DNA of 64,000 bases from Pseudobdellovibrionaceae bacterium. Its GTDB lineage: Bacteria; Bdellovibrionota; Bdellovibrionia; Bdellovibrionales; UBA1609. The translations under genes and the position numbers were made by a program. Shown piece after piece: positions 1 through 10,185 of the stretch. Position 1 is the stretch's first letter; each line of letters begins with the position of its first letter. The stretch covers positions 28,824-92,823 of the forward strand of contig JAAOIK010000007.1 of NCBI GenBank assembly GCA_015163855.1, read 5' to 3'. The notes beneath the pieces were generated by a model. It did no database searches. It was not told the origin of the DNA and saw nothing but the letters and a program-made list of their open reading frames with translations.

Positions 1-1609
1 TATTTATTACGCTAACGCAGAAAAAATGTCTAAACTATTAAATCAAATTATTAATCCTACTAAATCTACATCTAGCTCTAGTCGTTTTTCTAGATTTTCT
101 AGATCTTCCAGTACAAGTTCTACTAAATCGGGAGCCGAATCTTACTCCTTAGTAGTAGCCGACGAAAGAAGTAACTCTATTGTGGTAGTAGGAAATAAAA
201 AAGGTATTGGAAAAATGCGTTCTTTAATTAAAAAACTAGACACCCAATTATCTGCAGAAGATGCTGGTGGTGTTTATGTCTATTATGTTAAACACGCAGA
301 GGCAGAAAAAATTGCTAGCGTACTTAATAAATTAGCTAAAGATATTAAATCTACTAAAAAATCTTCTGAGCCCAACGGAAGAAGTAGTTTTTTTAGGCCC
401 TCTGCTAACCAACTCAACACAAAAACAAAAAACACTAGCATTTTAGGCGAAAATGTTAAACTTACTGCTGATAAAGTTACTAATAGCTTAATCATTACTG
501 CAAATAAACAAGATTACCAAACTTTACTAGCATTATTACAAAAATTAGATATTCCCCGAGACCAAGTTTTTGTAAAAACGATTATCATGGAAATTTCTTC
601 AGACAATAGTTTAAACTGGGGTATAAATGCTTTAAAATTTATTAAGACCCCTACAGGAGTCTCTAGAGTTGGTTTTAATACTTCTAGCTTATCCAATATT
701 TTAAACCCTATAAACTCCATAGGCGCTGTTTTAGGTTTTGGAGGTGGAGCAGAAATTAAATTACCCACACCAGTTGGAGGAGTTAGTTCTGTTTCTAGTT
801 TATTAGGATTAGTAGAAGTATTGAAAAAAACCGCTGAAGGTAATGTACTTTATACTCCTCAAATTACTGCCATGGATAATGAAGAGGCTTTGATAAAAGT
901 GGGTTCTAAAGTGCCTGTGGCAAAAACCAGTTCTTCTTCTGCTGCGGCAGGGATTTCTTCTGGAGTAGAAAGAGAAGAGGTTGCCGTGGAGTTAAAATTT
1001 ACTCCCTATATTAACAGAGAGTCTAACTCCGTTCGTTTAAAAATCGATCAAAAAATACAGTCCATTTCTGATGCCGCTAACACAGATATTGAAAATGGTG
1101 TAAAAACTAATATTAGACAATTAAAAACTTTATTAACTATTAATGACGGTGATACTGCAGTACTGGGAGGGTTAACACAAACCGACAGTAGCAATACAGA
1201 AACTAAAGTGCCTTTATTAGGAGATATCCCCCTTATAGGTTGGTTGTTTAAAGGCATTTCCCGCAATAAAGATAGAAAAAACATTATGGTTTTTATTACT
1301 CCAAAAATTATACAAAATGAATCTCAACAAAATGCTTTATTTTTAGAAAAGTTAGAAGAGCGACTAGGTTTTATTGATAAATACTTAAGTAATGCTAAAA
1401 AATTTAAAGCCAATACTCACTCTGCTTTAAATACCAATTTTAATAATAGTTCGACAAAAGAAAATGTACCGGCTTTGGATGAAGGCGATGACGATAATGA
1501 AATTAGTGACGACAATGAAGGCGGTGACGATACTTCTTTTGAAGACAGCGATGAAGAATTATTAATAGAAGACAATCCAAACTTAAACTCTCCCGAAACA
1601 CAAAATTAA
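1..1609 (+). CDS. gspD: Type II secretion secretin GspD, 5' end truncated by window edge
   Basis: The frame is open upstream of the listed ATG at 26 (IYYANAEKMSKLL..., an N1-domain-like motif), so the true start lies left of the window. Secretin N-domain repeats (YYVKHAEAEKIASVLNKL, LVVADERSNSIVVVGNK) and secretin core (VPLLGDIPLIGWLFKG, NIMVFITPKII). Confidence 0.95.
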   Translation, partial: IYYANAEKMSKLLNQIINPTKSTSSSSRFSRFSRSSSTSSTKSGAESYSLVVADERSNSIVVVGNKKGIGKMRSLIKKLDTQLSAEDAGGVYVYYVKHAEAEKIASVLNKLAKDIKSTKKSSEPNGRSSFFRPSANQLNTKTKNTSILGENVKLTADKVTNSLIITANKQDYQTLLALLQKLDIPRDQVFVKTIIMEISSDNSLNWGINALKFIKTPTGVSRVGFNTSSLSNILNPINSIGAVLGFGGGAEIKLPTPVGGVSSVSSLLGLVEVLKKTAEGNVLYTPQITAMDNEEALIKVGSKVPVAKTSSSSAAAGISSGVEREEVAVELKFTPYINRESNSVRLKIDQKIQSISDAANTDIENGVKTNIRQLKTLLTINDGDTAVLGGLTQTDSSNTETKVPLLGDIPLIGWLFKGISRNKDRKNIMVFITPKIIQNESQQNALFLEKLEERLGFIDKYLSNAKKFKANTHSALNTNFNNSSTKENVPALDEGDDDNEISDDNEGGDDTSFEDSDEELLIEDNPNLNSPETQN

Positions 1610-1613
1610 ATGT

Positions 1614-3287
1614 ATGAACATAAAGAGTATCTTACTAAAAAACACTAAGCTTTCTGAAGCCCAAATTGTTAATTTATTAAAATTAAAAGGGCCTTTGTCT
1701 GAGTTAAATTTGTCGCAAGAAAAATCTAGTCAGTCTTTACAAAAGAAAATACTACAAGCCCTTTCTGAACAATTATCTATCCCCTATATAACTGATTTAA
1801 ATTATAATGAAATTGCTGTAGATTTAATTAAAAATATTCCCATTCAGTATGCAAAAAATAATTCTGTTTTAGCTTTTAAACAAGATCAAGCAGGTACACA
1901 TATTATTAGTGCCGAAGCATTTAACTCTCATTTGCTACCCGATTTAAAAAATATTTTTAACACGCCTATTCATTTTTATCTTAGCCCCCCCTCCTTATTA
2001 CAAGAGGCCATTAACCATGTTTATGAAAAAAATGCCACAGCTCTTGAAGCCATTGATGGTATTGAAGATGAAGAAATGGATTTAGATGACCCTATTATTG
2101 ATTTACTAGAATCTGATGATGCTGCCCCTGTGGTAAAATTTGTAAATACTTTACTAGCAAGAGCCGTAAAAGAAAAAGCTTCTGATATTCATATCGAACC
2201 TTACGAAAAAAAATTAGCTATTCGATTTAGAATTGATGGTGCCTTGTATGATGTGTCCCAACCTCCAAAGCGATTACAAAATTCCATTGCTTCTCGTATA
2301 AAAGTAATGGCTAATTTAGATATTGCAGAAAAGCGATTACCTCAAGATGGTAGATTTCCTTTAAAGGTTGCAGGAAAAGCTATTGATATTCGTCTTAGTA
2401 CTTTGCCTACCACTTTTGGAGAGCGCATAGTGATGCGTTTACAAGATCAATCTAGCACAATTTTACAGCTATCCCAGTTAGGTGTATCAAAACAAAGCTT
2501 AAAAAGTATTAAAGAAATTTTAACGCAAACTTATGGTATTTTTTTAGTAACTGGCCCTACAGGAAGTGGTAAAACTTCTACCCTGTATGCTGCTTTATCA
2601 CAAATTAATAGTATTGATAAAAATATTTTAACCATTGAAGAACCTGTGGAACAAAGAATTCCTGGCATTGGACAAATGCAAGTAAACTCGAAAATTGGAC
2701 TAAGCTTTGCTTCGGGCTTAAGGTCTATTTTGCGTCAAGACCCTAATGTTATTATGATAGGAGAAATTAGAGATTTAGAAACGGCAAAAATTGCCATACA
2801 ATCTTCTTTGACCGGTCACTTAGTTTTATCTACCATTCATACCAATGACGCTGCTTCTGCCTTTCCCCGCTTAATAGATATGGGTTGCGAACCCTTTTTA
2901 ATTGCCACTTCTTTATCGGGAATTATGGCACAAAGATTAATCCGAACATTGTGCAAACATTGCAAAGAAGCCTATCAACCTACCGATGACGAGTTAGCCG
3001 ACTTACAACTGTCCACAGAACAAACCAAAGGCATTACATTTTACAGAGCCAAGTCTTGCGCGCACTGCAACCACAAAGGTTACTTGGGGCGAACTATGAT
3101 ACAAGAGCTTTTATTAATTACCGATAATATTCGTAGTTTAATTATGCAAAAAAATAATAGTAGCTTAATAAAAGAAGCAGCTTTACAAGATGGAATGCAA
3201 ACTTTTAGAAATCATGGTATTAGTAAAATTCTAGAAGGAGTTACTACAATAGAGGAAATTTTAGCCAATACCCAAGTGGATCATTAA
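1614..3287 (+). CDS. gspE: Type II secretion ATPase GspE
   Basis: Walker A GPTGSGKTSTLYAAL, Asp/His boxes (GEIRDLETAKIAIQSSLTGHLVLSTIHTN), tetracysteine motif CKHC...CAHC. Confidence 0.97.
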   Translation: MNIKSILLKNTKLSEAQIVNLLKLKGPLSELNLSQEKSSQSLQKKILQALSEQLSIPYITDLNYNEIAVDLIKNIPIQYAKNNSVLAFKQDQAGTHIISAEAFNSHLLPDLKNIFNTPIHFYLSPPSLLQEAINHVYEKNATALEAIDGIEDEEMDLDDPIIDLLESDDAAPVVKFVNTLLARAVKEKASDIHIEPYEKKLAIRFRIDGALYDVSQPPKRLQNSIASRIKVMANLDIAEKRLPQDGRFPLKVAGKAIDIRLSTLPTTFGERIVMRLQDQSSTILQLSQLGVSKQSLKSIKEILTQTYGIFLVTGPTGSGKTSTLYAALSQINSIDKNILTIEEPVEQRIPGIGQMQVNSKIGLSFASGLRSILRQDPNVIMIGEIRDLETAKIAIQSSLTGHLVLSTIHTNDAASAFPRLIDMGCEPFLIATSLSGIMAQRLIRTLCKHCKEAYQPTDDELADLQLSTEQTKGITFYRAKSCAHCNHKGYLGRTMIQELLLITDNIRSLIMQKNNSSLIKEAALQDGMQTFRNHGISKILEGVTTIEEILANTQVDH

Positions 3288-3293
3288 AACACC

Positions 3294-4505
3294 ATGCCTA
3301 CTTTTCAATACCAAGCTTTAGATAACCATGGCAAAAATAAAAAAGGTCAAGTTGAAGCAGAAAATATAAAAAGAGCACGGGCTATTCTTAAAGCAAAAAA
3401 ACTTTATGTTTTAAAAATTGTTAATACTCAAAATAAAAGTAACACAAATGCTTTGTTTACCTCGAAATCTATAAGTACTAAAGAGTTATCTTTAATGACT
3501 CGGCAATTAGCTACCTTACTACACTCGCATGTACCTATAGTAGATTCTATTAACGCTACCGCAGAGCAAACCGAAAACCTTTATTTATCTTCTATTTTAT
3601 TTCAAGTAAAAACAGAAGTTAATGAAGGAGCAGATTTATACAAAGCTTTAAAAAAATATCCTAAAGTTTTTGATTTAACTTTTTTATCCATGATAGAGGC
3701 TGGTGAAAGCTCTGGTACTTTAGATGTTATTTTATTACGCCTTGCAGAGTTTACTGAAACCCAAAGTGCATTAATTAGCCGAGTAAAATCAGCCATGATG
3801 TACCCTATTTTAATGATGTTTGTTATGACGGGTTTAATGGTATTTTTATTTACAGTAATTATTCCTAAAATTACTGGCATTTTTGACTCTACACCAGAAC
3901 TAACTTTAGAGTGGTACACCTTAGCTGTAATTGATTTTAGTAATTTTTTAATAACCAAATGGCCTTTAATTATTTTAAGTGTAGGTGTTTTTATTTTTAG
4001 TTTCCGTAATTGGAAAAACTCTATTAAGGGACGAAGAAAATGGAATGCCCTTGTGTTAAAATTGCCTCTTGTGGGAAAAATGATTCGTATGTTAGCGGTT
4101 TCTCGATTTGCTAGAACACTTTCTACTTTACTTAATGGAGGTGTGCCCATGTTAGAAGCCTTACAAATTGTTAGAAATGTGGTTAATAACGATATTATTG
4201 CCGAAGCCATTGACCAAGCTCGTGATAATATTAAAGAAGGAGAGTCCATTGCTGCTCCCTTAAAGGCCTCTGGACAATTTCCTCCCATGCTAATTCACAT
4301 GGTAAATATTGGAGAAAAAACAGGAAACTTAGAAGAAATGCTATCGCAAGTGAGCGACGCATATGACTTTCAAGTTAATACTTCTATTGATGGATTAACC
4401 GCCCTGTTAGAGCCTTTAATGATTGTTTTTATGGGTGGTTTAGTAGGCGCCATTGTCTTTGCCGTGATCATGCCTATCTTACAGCTTTCCAATTTGGGAG
4501 GCTAA
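3294..4505 (+). CDS. gspF: Type II secretion inner-membrane protein GspF
   Basis: GspF/PilC family: MPTFQYQALDNHGKNKKGQVEAEN, LMTRQLATLLHSHVPI, MIEAGESSGTLD, MVNIGEKTGNLEEML. Confidence 0.96.
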   Translation: MPTFQYQALDNHGKNKKGQVEAENIKRARAILKAKKLYVLKIVNTQNKSNTNALFTSKSISTKELSLMTRQLATLLHSHVPIVDSINATAEQTENLYLSSILFQVKTEVNEGADLYKALKKYPKVFDLTFLSMIEAGESSGTLDVILLRLAEFTETQSALISRVKSAMMYPILMMFVMTGLMVFLFTVIIPKITGIFDSTPELTLEWYTLAVIDFSNFLITKWPLIILSVGVFIFSFRNWKNSIKGRRKWNALVLKLPLVGKMIRMLAVSRFARTLSTLLNGGVPMLEALQIVRNVVNNDIIAEAIDQARDNIKEGESIAAPLKASGQFPPMLIHMVNIGEKTGNLEEMLSQVSDAYDFQVNTSIDGLTALLEPLMIVFMGGLVGAIVFAVIMPILQLSNLGG

Positions 4506-4506
4506 C

Positions 4507-4621
4507 TTTTGTTTTGTTTTGTTTAGCCACAGATTAAGGCTTAAAAAGCGTTCAGCCCGCAGGGATGTGCGAAGCGTAGCTTTTTCAGCCTTAATCTGTG
4601 GCTAAACAAAACAAAACAAAA
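4507..4621. terminator. Very long inverted repeat/bidirectional hairpin between convergent stop codons
   Basis: Left arm 4507-4549 and right arm 4579-4621 are reverse complements with one mismatch (42/43), around a 29-nt GC-richer loop. It spans almost exactly from the gspF stop (4503-4505) to the opposing stop (4623-4625). Confidence 0.85.
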
Positions 4622-4622
4622 C

Positions 4623-7331
4623 TTACTTAGTAACTATTTTTAAATTACTACAACTAAACACTTTTGCTTGGATTTTTTTAAAGGCTGCTAAAATATTTTC
4701 AGAACTACTATCGTCCCAAGCATCACAATCATCCCATTCATCTTCACAAGCTCCACCTTCTTCTTCTAAGGCATCGGCAAATAATTTTTCCATATCTACC
4801 TGTGCACAAAACCGTTGAACATACTTCACTGCAAAAGCTAAGTTATTTTTTATTTTTAAATTCGATAAAACATAGGATAAATTTTGATCGGCAAAATCAT
4901 ATAAACGGTGAACATCTTTTTGATATTTAGAAGTATTCTTACAATTATATAATTGCATCCACTGATTAGCTAACTGATCGGACCTGCCATTGTTATTCCA
5001 AGAAATATAATTAGAAAAAAATTTTTCCATCTCTATTTTAGTCGATGTCGCTTTATTTTCTACAGCAATACAAGACCTCCAATTAATATGGTCGGCCACT
5101 TTAGAGTAAGTGGGTTTTAAGCTTTGATAGGCTTGGTTTAAAATACTAGCTTCGGAAGCCAACACCGACTCTAAAGCACTTAACTGATTTCTTTTAGTAG
5201 GACTTACTTCAATTTCATCCAAGCTAGCCTGCGCATATTTAGCAATAGTATCACGACTTTTTTGCAATACGGGTTTTACACGAGCAATCGCTTCGGTAAT
5301 AGAAATAGATAAGGTTTTTAAATTATTAATGTCCTTTTTTGTAGAATTAATATGCTTAAAATATTTTTTGGCCTCTGGAATAGTTTTAGTTTCTACTGTA
5401 TGCACTAAGGCCCTAGAAGACTTAATGGTTTTTACTAATTGCGAAATCCAAGAATTAGCTTTTGCAATTAAATCGTTTCTGTCTTTGCTTAGTTTTTCTC
5501 TTTTTAAAATTACAGCTAAATATTTATCCAATCGTGCTTGTAAGGCCAAGCGTGGTGCGATTGTGATTTTTGCTAAACGATCTAAAGGGTTCAACAAAGG
5601 GCTTAACTGCAAACGCACATGGTCTAAGTTTTCGGGCCTTTTTTGTTCTAATAATCGATTAAGCACTTCTTGTACTTTACTAATATTGTTAGACACTTTT
5701 TTTTCTACATTTATCGCCTTAGATTTAAAAGAAGCAATGTTTGTAACAATATTTGGTTTTTCTACTTTTTGTGCCCGACTTTCCATAGAGCTAGCCTCTA
5801 ATATAGTTTTATGCACTTGCGCTACTAAATCCCTTGCTACAAATAAAGAGGTTTTTGCTTTTTCTAACACTTCATTGGCTAATTTTTGTGCCTTTGCCAA
5901 AATACGCTCTCCTTTAATAACCAAAGGAGTTTCTTTAACAGTAATTTGCGATAAATACTTGGCCTGTTTTTTTAAATGCACTTGTAAGTGATTTAAATTA
6001 GGTAAATACCCACTTAGCTGTTTGGTTTGCTCATCCACATCGGTGGGATAAGAAGCTATTACTAAATTATTAAAAAAATAGCGTAAAAGATTGGTTTGTT
6101 CTGTTAATTTTTGGAAAGCTTCCTCGCTAATTCTTTTTTGATCACCAATGCGTTGGCTAGAACCATCCACATAAGCCTTGTTAGCACGATCTAACAGTGA
6201 GGAAGCTTGTGTATTTATTTTTGTATATTCGGAAAAAATAAAATTTCCTTCAACTAACAAGGCCTTACTTTTGGTAATGACTTTTTGTAATTTTCCTTTT
6301 GCAATAGCCAATTCTTTTACAATTTCGGCCTCTCTAATGGCAATGGTATTGTCTTGTTGTGCTAACCACGAAGGTAAAGCCTTTAACTGTCTAGTGTAAG
6401 CGTATTCTTCTACTTGCAAATCATTATATTTATCCTCTACCACGGGAATAAAATAATTTATCTCCCTTGTATAAAGAGTCTGCGCTAAAGAAGACATGGC
6501 CCGTTTTAAATAATCCATTAAATTATCTATTTGCTCTTTCGCTCTTCTACTAGATTGTATTTTTGTTTGTAAGTTATTAATATTCTTATTCATGCGAGCC
6601 ACTTTGGCTCGGTCTAACAAAAAAGATAGTGTTCGCAAATAGCCTTTCATCTCTAACTGCCAATTTTCCCAATCCAACAACAAATCATTAGCTTGGTATA
6701 AAATGCGTTTTCTATTATTTTTAGCCTGAGCCAATTCTACTTCCATTCTTTCAATAGTTCTTTTATTTCTGCGTATCACTGCTCTTAAATCATCCGCTTT
6801 GTTATCAATGCGCCTGCTAAAGTCTCGCGAATAAAAATCATTATATTTTTTTTGCAAAGCCACACGCCTTTTTGGAATGTCTTTATGCCAAGCATTATTA
6901 TCGTTAACTAGTTCTCTTAACCGACGCACTTTGTGTGTTAAATCGTCTTGACCTTGTTCTGCATTATTTATCTTGCGACGCAAAGCTTGTATTTTTGTAT
7001 TTAATGCAAAAATAATGTTTTTAGCATTTACCTCTCTTGCTCTTTGTTTTAACTTTCGGGCGCTTTGTATCTTCCAATGCGCATCACTAATAGCATTGCT
7101 AACTTTTTCCCTTTCCTTACGCGCTTGACGAATCAATTGCTTAGAGGCCTTTACCTCTTTTTCTTTAAATGCATTATTTTCAGAAGGTTTTTTACGCTCT
7201 TTTTTTTCTTTTTTCTCTTTTTTTACTAATTTTTGTGCTGCTGTAAGAGGTGTAGCATGACTAATGTTTGCTAAAATAAAATGAGTACTTAAAACGCTTA
7301 CTAAACTCAAAACAATGGCTTTCATCCCCAA
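4623..7331 (-). CDS. Large exported coiled-coil protein of unknown function (902 aa)
   Basis: N-terminal hydrophobic signal-like segment (MKAIVLSLVSVLSTHFILANISHA), then Lys/Glu-rich heptad-like sequence; no recognised enzymatic motif. Confidence 0.8.
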   Translation of the reverse strand: MGMKAIVLSLVSVLSTHFILANISHATPLTAAQKLVKKEKKEKKERKKPSENNAFKEKEVKASKQLIRQARKEREKVSNAISDAHWKIQSARKLKQRAREVNAKNIIFALNTKIQALRRKINNAEQGQDDLTHKVRRLRELVNDNNAWHKDIPKRRVALQKKYNDFYSRDFSRRIDNKADDLRAVIRRNKRTIERMEVELAQAKNNRKRILYQANDLLLDWENWQLEMKGYLRTLSFLLDRAKVARMNKNINNLQTKIQSSRRAKEQIDNLMDYLKRAMSSLAQTLYTREINYFIPVVEDKYNDLQVEEYAYTRQLKALPSWLAQQDNTIAIREAEIVKELAIAKGKLQKVITKSKALLVEGNFIFSEYTKINTQASSLLDRANKAYVDGSSQRIGDQKRISEEAFQKLTEQTNLLRYFFNNLVIASYPTDVDEQTKQLSGYLPNLNHLQVHLKKQAKYLSQITVKETPLVIKGERILAKAQKLANEVLEKAKTSLFVARDLVAQVHKTILEASSMESRAQKVEKPNIVTNIASFKSKAINVEKKVSNNISKVQEVLNRLLEQKRPENLDHVRLQLSPLLNPLDRLAKITIAPRLALQARLDKYLAVILKREKLSKDRNDLIAKANSWISQLVKTIKSSRALVHTVETKTIPEAKKYFKHINSTKKDINNLKTLSISITEAIARVKPVLQKSRDTIAKYAQASLDEIEVSPTKRNQLSALESVLASEASILNQAYQSLKPTYSKVADHINWRSCIAVENKATSTKIEMEKFFSNYISWNNNGRSDQLANQWMQLYNCKNTSKYQKDVHRLYDFADQNLSYVLSNLKIKNNLAFAVKYVQRFCAQVDMEKLFADALEEEGGACEDEWDDCDAWDDSSSENILAAFKKIQAKVFSCSNLKIVTK

Positions 7332-7534
7332 ACTCCTTATATTTCTACTTGTTTACAATATGAGTTACAATTATCTATAGATTAGTTAAAAGTCTAGTTT
7401 TTTGCCTAAAAAGCCCTGTTTGTTGATTAAATAGCTATGTTTTAGACAAAAAATCAAAATTTTCCTTATACTTTCCAAAAAAAAAACTAGGCAAATGGCC
7501 GAATAAATAAGTATAGACCAGAGGAAAAACAATT

Positions 7535-8551
7535 ATGATACCTATCTCCGAAAACGAACAATTGCAAAAAAATACCCTTGTTAAGCTAATTCAAAATTCT
7601 CAAAGTTTTATTATCACTACTCACAAGCAGTGTGATGCCGACGGCTTAGGTTCTGCTTTAGCAATGCTTTACGCTCTTAAAAAAATGGGAAAATCGGCCA
7701 GACTATTATTAGTGGATGACTTGCCTGATCGTTATAATTTTTTAAATAAAGACTTACTAGTGCAAACTTATAATAGTCCTCATACCCCTATTGAAGATGC
7801 CGATGTGGCTTTAATTTTTGACACCAACTCTGAAAGCCTTGTTAATCCTTTGTACAAAGAACTAAAAAAGCATTGTAAATATATTTCTTTTATAGACCAC
7901 CACCCCTTTGGAGACACTCTTCCTACAGAGTACTCCTTTATACAGGTACACTCTGCCAGCACTGGTGAATTGGTTTTTGATTTAATTCAATCTTTAAATG
8001 TTTCTTTAGACAAAAAAATTGCACGCAGCCTTTACAGTAGTATTGCTTTTGACACTCAAGTATTTCGTTATATTAGAGGCTCTTCTCGATCTTTAAAAAT
8101 TTGTGCAGAACTTTTAGAATACGAAAAAGAACCAGAAAAAATTCATAATTATTTATTTGCATCTTATTCAAAAAATAAAATTAGTTTGTTAGCAGAAGTG
8201 TTTGCCACAGTGGAATACCCTTTACCAGAAGTGGTGATTGCAAAAGTACGATTAAAAGATTTAGAAAAACATAATTTAAAAATGGATGATGTTCGTGATA
8301 TTTTAGATTTGTTAATGAGTATTCGTGAAATTACCATTGGGGCTTTTTTTAGAGAAGATCATCCTAATGAATTTAAATTAAGCTTAAGAAGTAAGGGTTT
8401 TTTACACATTAACTCTATTGCAAAACATTTTGGTGGAGGAGGGCATAAACAAGCCGCAGGGGCCTTAATTAAAGGCGATTACTCCACGGTAAAAAATCAA
8501 GTGTTAAAAGAAATTCTAAAGACTTTAGAAGATAAAAAAAAAGCGTCGTAA
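7535..8551 (+). CDS. DHH/DHHA1 family phosphoesterase, NrnA-like
   Basis: FIITTHKQCDADGLGSALAML, ALIFDTNSES, ISFIDHHPF, C-terminal GGGGHKQAAGALI. Confidence 0.9.
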   Translation: MIPISENEQLQKNTLVKLIQNSQSFIITTHKQCDADGLGSALAMLYALKKMGKSARLLLVDDLPDRYNFLNKDLLVQTYNSPHTPIEDADVALIFDTNSESLVNPLYKELKKHCKYISFIDHHPFGDTLPTEYSFIQVHSASTGELVFDLIQSLNVSLDKKIARSLYSSIAFDTQVFRYIRGSSRSLKICAELLEYEKEPEKIHNYLFASYSKNKISLLAEVFATVEYPLPEVVIAKVRLKDLEKHNLKMDDVRDILDLLMSIREITIGAFFREDHPNEFKLSLRSKGFLHINSIAKHFGGGGHKQAAGALIKGDYSTVKNQVLKEILKTLEDKKKAS

Positions 8552-10087
8552 CTAAATAACTGGTCCACCTTTTTTAACCACTTCATCAGAAATAACCGCT
8601 GCGCCTAAGTTTTGGATATTTTCCATAAACTTTACAGCCAATTCTTTAACGACTTTTCCTTCTGGAATTTGCAAATAATCTGCATCTAGCCCTGGGCATT
8701 GTGTGGGAACATCAAAACCAAAAATAGCATGTTGCTTCATGGGTACATTATTTAAAGAACCGTCTTGAATAGCTTTTAATAAAGTTCTACTAACGGAAAT
8801 AGGAAATCTTTTCCCTTTAGCATAACCACCCTGCCAACCCGTATTTACTAGCCACACAGGGACATCATATTTTTTACTTAATTTGGTTAAAAGCTCAGCA
8901 TAAACTTTTGCAGCCCTTGGCATAAATGGTGCCCCAAAACAAGAACTAAAAGTTGCCTCTGGTTCAGTAACCCCTATTTCTGTACCTGCAACCTTGGCAG
9001 TATAACCCGAGATAAAATGGTACTGTGCCTGCCATTGGTTAAGTCTTGCCACTGCAGGTAAGGCGCCAAAGGCATCTGCAGTTAAAAAAATAATACTTTT
9101 AGGATGGCTAGACTCTATATTCTGCCGAAATACTTTATCTAATGCTTCTAAACTATAAGAACCTCTAGTGTTTTCGGTGTACACATTGCTGAAAAAATCA
9201 ATAACTTTATCTTCATTATAATAAACATTCTCTAAAATAGAGCCTTCTTTATGAACGGCTTTGTAAATTTCTGGCTCTTTACTTTCTTCTAAATTAATTA
9301 ATTTAGCGTAACAGCCTCCTTCCATATTCGACAGCCCTTCGTGAGACCATACAATTTCATCATCACCAATTAAATATCTATCAGGGTCTGCTGACAAAGT
9401 GGTTTTTCCCGTTCCCGATAAACCAAATAAAATACAAGCTTCTTTGCCGTCTTGATTACAGTTAGCCGAGGCATGCATAGGAAATATTTTATCTTCTGGA
9501 AATTTATAATTACAAACAGAAAAGGCCGCTTTTTTAATTTCTCCAGCATAACCCGTTCCCACAATAGCCACTTGCCCTTTTGTAGGATCTAAAACCACAC
9601 CTCTTTCTTCAAAGGGAAAAGTAATGTCTTTGTTTAATTCTGCTCGAATATCTTTTACCGACACCTCTGGTGCGTGCCAAATTTGTATTTTAAAATCTTT
9701 ACTAATTTGTCCTCGTAAAGATTCCACTGCATGGCTACGAAACATATTATAAGCAAAAGCCACATGCCAAGGGGAGGTGGAGTACACCTCCACAGGAAAA
9801 CAACCTACAAAGGCTTTTAGTGAATAATTTTTTTTTGATAATACATATTTTTTTACAGAATCAATAAAATTTGTTCCCGTTTTAGTATCTAAAGCTTTGT
9901 TAACTGTTCCCCAAAAAAAATTATCTTTAGTATCCGAATGTTCCACTAAAAACCGCTCTTTAGTAGACCTGCCTGTGCACTTTCCCGTTTTTACCAAAAA
10001 AGATCCTTGAGGCCCTTCTTCGCCTAAAGAATTCAAGATACTTTGCTTAATTAATTCTTTTTGCATTTTTAATGTGGCGCTATCCAT
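8552..10087 (-). CDS. pckA: Phosphoenolpyruvate carboxykinase (ATP)
   Basis: Kinase-1 and kinase-2 motifs GLSGTGKTTLSADP and LIGDDEIVWS; FAYNMFRSHAVESLRG. Confidence 0.95.
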   Translation of the reverse strand: MDSATLKMQKELIKQSILNSLGEEGPQGSFLVKTGKCTGRSTKERFLVEHSDTKDNFFWGTVNKALDTKTGTNFIDSVKKYVLSKKNYSLKAFVGCFPVEVYSTSPWHVAFAYNMFRSHAVESLRGQISKDFKIQIWHAPEVSVKDIRAELNKDITFPFEERGVVLDPTKGQVAIVGTGYAGEIKKAAFSVCNYKFPEDKIFPMHASANCNQDGKEACILFGLSGTGKTTLSADPDRYLIGDDEIVWSHEGLSNMEGGCYAKLINLEESKEPEIYKAVHKEGSILENVYYNEDKVIDFFSNVYTENTRGSYSLEALDKVFRQNIESSHPKSIIFLTADAFGALPAVARLNQWQAQYHFISGYTAKVAGTEIGVTEPEATFSSCFGAPFMPRAAKVYAELLTKLSKKYDVPVWLVNTGWQGGYAKGKRFPISVSRTLLKAIQDGSLNNVPMKQHAIFGFDVPTQCPGLDADYLQIPEGKVVKELAVKFMENIQNLGAAVISDEVVKKGGPVI

Positions 10088-10185
10088 AGTCTCTCCAAAT
10101 TAATATTTTTTACTTATAACTTGTACAGCTTATACTCCAAAAATTATACCTGTCCAGAGGTTTAAATGCATGTTATTTTCATAAA

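Noticed and set aside
26-1609. ORF-track start of gspD at ATG 26
   Set aside because: The frame is open to the left edge and the preceding residues (YYANAEK) fit the secretin N1 domain, so ATG 26 is internal and the gene is partial.
3602-4288. Minus-strand ORF of 228 aa inside gspF
   Set aside because: Antisense to a confidently identified gspF; sequence composition looks like a reverse-frame artefact.
5329-5991. Plus-strand ORF of 220 aa inside the coiled-coil gene
   Set aside because: Cys/Phe/Leu-rich antisense shadow of Lys/Glu-rich coding sequence.
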